A DNA stretch of 64,000 nucleotides, from NCBI GenBank assembly GCA_052169915.1, contig JBQNBN010000003.1, positions 3,441-67,440 of the forward strand, in the 5' to 3' direction. The stretch comes from Treponema sp. Its GTDB lineage: Bacteria > Spirochaetota > Spirochaetia > Treponematales > Treponemataceae. Shown piece after piece: positions 61,320 to 64,000 of the stretch (position 1 is its first letter; each line of letters begins with the position of its first letter). Under the pieces are notes generated by a model that was not told where the DNA came from, made no database searches, and saw only the letters and a program-made list of their open reading frames with translations. The position numbers were made by a program, and so were the translations under genes.

Positions 61320-62423
61320 ATGAAAAAACTTCCGTTTTTTATCGGGCTTATGTGCGTCCTTGCCGTTTCCTGCGCGGCGGGGAAAAACGAGTTCGGCTGG
61401 TACGCGGATTTTGAGGCGGCGAAAAAAGCTGCAAAATCACAGAAAAAAAATATTTTGCTTTTCGTATCCTCGTTTCAGGATTTTGAAGACTCCGCTTCTG
61501 CCGTCGCGCTGCTGACAAAGTCGCGCGCCTTTACGGACGCGGTAGAAGATTCCTATGTCTGCGTCCATTTCGACTTTTCAAAAGCGAATATACTAATAGA
61601 AGAAAACGATGAAAAATCGACTGCTGACAAAAAAAATCGGCTTTCCGCGAAGCAAAAAACGTTGCAAAAACAGTTTTCCGTTGCCGACTCTTACGCGGTG
61701 AAAGAAACGCCGCAGGCAGTCATCGCGACGGCGGACGGTTATTACGTCGGCAAAGCGGATTTTAATTACGGAGGCGCCGACGCTGCCGCTTACGCCGACG
61801 CGCTTGAGGCGCAAAAAGATACGGCGCGTCTGGTAAACGAACTGACAGCGGCGGTAAAAAACTCTTCCGGCGTAAAAAAAGCGCAGGCAATCGATGAGCT
61901 CTACGCGCGCACGGCGCAAAACTGCCGCGCGCCGCTCAAAGACCTTGTGCGCCTCATTCCCCGCATCGATAAAAAAAATGAAAGCGGACTTGTCAGCTCC
62001 TATCTCCGAGAGGGCGCGTACTTGGACGCCTCCGAGCGGCTGAAAGCGTCCGGTCCCGCTGAAGCGGCGGCCGTTTACGAAAAAGCGGCGGCCGACGAAC
62101 GCCTTAATCCTATCGACCGGCAGCTTTTGTATTACGCGGCGGCAAATGTTTTGGCTCTTAATGGCAGCGCTTTTGCCGACCGGATTATTTCGCTTTTGCT
62201 CACCTCCGTTTCCGCCGCCCCTGAAAGTCCGTATGCACAAAAAATTGCGCTTACCGCGGACGAAGCGGAAAAAACTTTGCGCGCGCCGGACGCAGCTTCA
62301 AACGCGGATACGGCTCCCCCAATTCCTTCTCCCGCGTACGACAGCGGACTTGAAAGCGGGGCGCCCACGGATTCAAGCTCAAACTCCGCCTTCCGCCGCG
62401 CCTACGCGTTAGCCGAACGATAA
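61320..62423 (+). CDS. Lipoprotein with thioredoxin-like N-terminal pattern
   Basis: Lipobox LAVSCAA. GWYADFEAAKKAAKSQKKNILLFVSS resembles thioredoxin_7-type domains. The remainder is Ala-rich and helical. Confidence 0.6.
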   Translation: MKKLPFFIGLMCVLAVSCAAGKNEFGWYADFEAAKKAAKSQKKNILLFVSSFQDFEDSASAVALLTKSRAFTDAVEDSYVCVHFDFSKANILIEENDEKSTADKKNRLSAKQKTLQKQFSVADSYAVKETPQAVIATADGYYVGKADFNYGGADAAAYADALEAQKDTARLVNELTAAVKNSSGVKKAQAIDELYARTAQNCRAPLKDLVRLIPRIDKKNESGLVSSYLREGAYLDASERLKASGPAEAAAVYEKAAADERLNPIDRQLLYYAAANVLALNGSAFADRIISLLLTSVSAAPESPYAQKIALTADEAEKTLRAPDAASNADTAPPIPSPAYDSGLESGAPTDSSSNSAFRRAYALAER

Positions 62424-62429
62424 GACGCA

Positions 62430-63701
62430 ATGCTTGTTCTTACCGGACTTATCGCAGCCTGCATTCTCCTCATAACGCTTTCGATGCTGTTTTCCATTTC
62501 GGAGTGCTCCTTTCTTGCGATGAACAAATTGCGCCTTCGCATTTTGCGCGGTAAAAAAGACGAACGCGCCCTCCGCGTAGGAAAACTCCTCGACCAAAAA
62601 GAAACGCTTATCAACACGCTGCTTGCCGCAAACGACTTTGTAAACATTCTCCTCTCGTCTTTATTGACCGCGCTCTCTCTCAAACTTTTCGGAAGCAAGG
62701 GAGTGGGCATTGCGACTTTTACCGTTACCTTTTTGCTTTTGATTTTCGGCGAAATCACGCCTAAAACGCTTTCCACCCGAAACCCCGACGCAGTCGCCTA
62801 CCGTCTCTCGCGTTTCGTCTCCGTCGTCGTTGCCCTCATGCGCCCTGCAGTCGTCCTGCTGACAGCCTTTTCCCGATTTATTTTGCGCCTGCTTAAAATC
62901 GATACGGCAAAGCCTGTGCAGTCGTACACGGAAGAAGACATCAAACAGTTTATCGAAGCCGGATGGGAGACGGGAATTCTCGAACGCGGTGAAAAAAACA
63001 TGATGCGCCGCGTCTTTACGTTTACCGACCTTGAAGCGCGCGACATTATGATTCCGCGCACGCGTATGAAAGCGCTTCCCGACACCTGCACGTACCGCGA
63101 TGCGCTTGAGCGCGCCCAGCGCACGCGTTTTTCGTATTTCCCCGTCTATCACGAAAACCTTGACCGCATAGTCGGCGTTTTGTACCTCAAGGACTTGCTC
63201 AAATATACAGGAACGTGCGAACAATTCGACATAAAAAAAGCCGTGCGCCCGCCCTTGTTCATACTCGGCGCAAAAAAAATCTCATCGGTTCAAGAGCTGC
63301 TCCGCCAAAATCGGCAGGCGGCGGCAATCATTACGGACGAATATTCCGGCACGGCAGGTTTTTTGACGCAGGACGACTTGTACACGGAGATTTTCGGAGC
63401 GGAAGGAAGCCGTACGCCGAGCCGGAACGTGCAGGGACTTTTTGAAGCGCAGGATTTTTCCGACTTTACGGTCGACGGTTCCGTCCTGCTTTCCGACTTA
63501 AAAGAACATGCGGGAATTAAACTTTGCTCCCATTTGAGCGAAACGCTCGGCGGCTGGATCACCGAACGGCTCGGGCGGCTTGCCAAAAAGGGAGATGCAG
63601 TCGAATACGAAGGCTTCTTGTTTACGGTGGAAGCCGTGCACAAGAAGCGCATTGCAAAAGCGCGCGTACGCTCGCGCTCAAAAACGGAGACGGAGACGTG
63701 A
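62430..63701 (+). CDS. CNNM/TlyC-family protein (DUF21 + CBS pair + CorC_HlyC)
   Basis: 423 aa with a DUF21 TM region (SECSFLAMNKLRLRIL), a CBS region (ARDIMIPRTRM) and a C-terminal transporter-associated domain. Confidence 0.88.
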   Translation: MLVLTGLIAACILLITLSMLFSISECSFLAMNKLRLRILRGKKDERALRVGKLLDQKETLINTLLAANDFVNILLSSLLTALSLKLFGSKGVGIATFTVTFLLLIFGEITPKTLSTRNPDAVAYRLSRFVSVVVALMRPAVVLLTAFSRFILRLLKIDTAKPVQSYTEEDIKQFIEAGWETGILERGEKNMMRRVFTFTDLEARDIMIPRTRMKALPDTCTYRDALERAQRTRFSYFPVYHENLDRIVGVLYLKDLLKYTGTCEQFDIKKAVRPPLFILGAKKISSVQELLRQNRQAAAIITDEYSGTAGFLTQDDLYTEIFGAEGSRTPSRNVQGLFEAQDFSDFTVDGSVLLSDLKEHAGIKLCSHLSETLGGWITERLGRLAKKGDAVEYEGFLFTVEAVHKKRIAKARVRSRSKTETET

Positions 63702-64000
63702 ACGCCGTAAACTTTCTAAAAACCGCCGCAATACTTGCATCTCTTATTGCGATAATCCGCGCCGTAGCGTTTTTTTCAAGTTCTGAAACCGCCTTTCTTT
63801 CCGTATCAAAGCTTAAAATGCGCCTCCTGCTCCGCGAAAAGCGCAAAGGCGCGCAAAAAGCCGCAGCCCTCCGCGAGCGCATGGACGAACTTTTAACGGT
63901 CGTCCTCATCGGTACAAACTTTATGAACAGCTTCGCGTCCGCCCTCGCAACGGCTCTTGCCGTCGAAATTGCAGGATCCGGCGGCGTGGGCATTGCGACT
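63697..64000 (+). CDS. Second CNNM/DUF21-family protein (5' partial, runs off window)
   Basis: The GTG start overlaps the upstream TGA (GTGA). It reads VNAVNFLKTAAILASLIAIIRAVAFFSSSETAFLSVSKLKMRLL. Confidence 0.7.

Overview
This 64-kb chromosomal window looks spirochaete/Treponema-like. That call rests only on recognising protein sequences by eye and is not verified. The core backbone is ordinary: mfd; the rodA-mrdA-mreD-mreC-mreB cell-shape cluster; TPR proteins; an unannotated RNase P RNA (rnpB); a COG1579 zinc-ribbon protein; rpoD-dnaG-mltG; tRNA-Tyr, tRNA-Thr and tRNA-Val; glgA; aroH; ybaK; era; a REC-REC regulator plus a cytoplasmic hybrid histidine kinase; a CUT1-type sugar ABC transporter; aroF-tyrA; and two CNNM/TlyC-type genes. 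Two accessory islands stand out. Island I (about 29.25-34.8 kb) lies next to tRNA-Val and is bounded on the far side by gene remnants. It is a tightly packed seven-gene operon: a DUF1232 protein, a classical AAA ATPase, three small proteins, an LRAT/NlpC-P60 enzyme and a duplicated Cys-rich mini-protein. Four, possibly five, of its products share a previously unrecognised C-terminal module, and a divergent XRE regulator faces it across a repeat-rich operator region. Island II (about 46.2-61.3 kb) holds a WYL regulator, a patatin-like lipase and a 1012-aa HerA/FtsK-like ATPase. It also holds three paralogues with a conserved N-domain and swappable C-terminal modules (CBM-like beta-sandwich or FGE-sulfatase), small Gly/Ala-zipper proteins, an Rpn-type nuclease, a zinc-ribbon protein and a second XRE regulator. 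In this island, 15- and 18-nt poly-G/C tracts, two in-frame TGA codons and a ~745-bp direct repeat all fall at module junctions, which suggests phase-variable or cassette-type control. A dispersed two-hairpin intergenic repeat family, a conserved ACCTGTTCG/CGAACAGGT hairpin family, and a Tyr-codon leader plus terminator upstream of aroF-tyrA are also reported. All similarity statements are by-eye motif recognition; no searches or computations were run.
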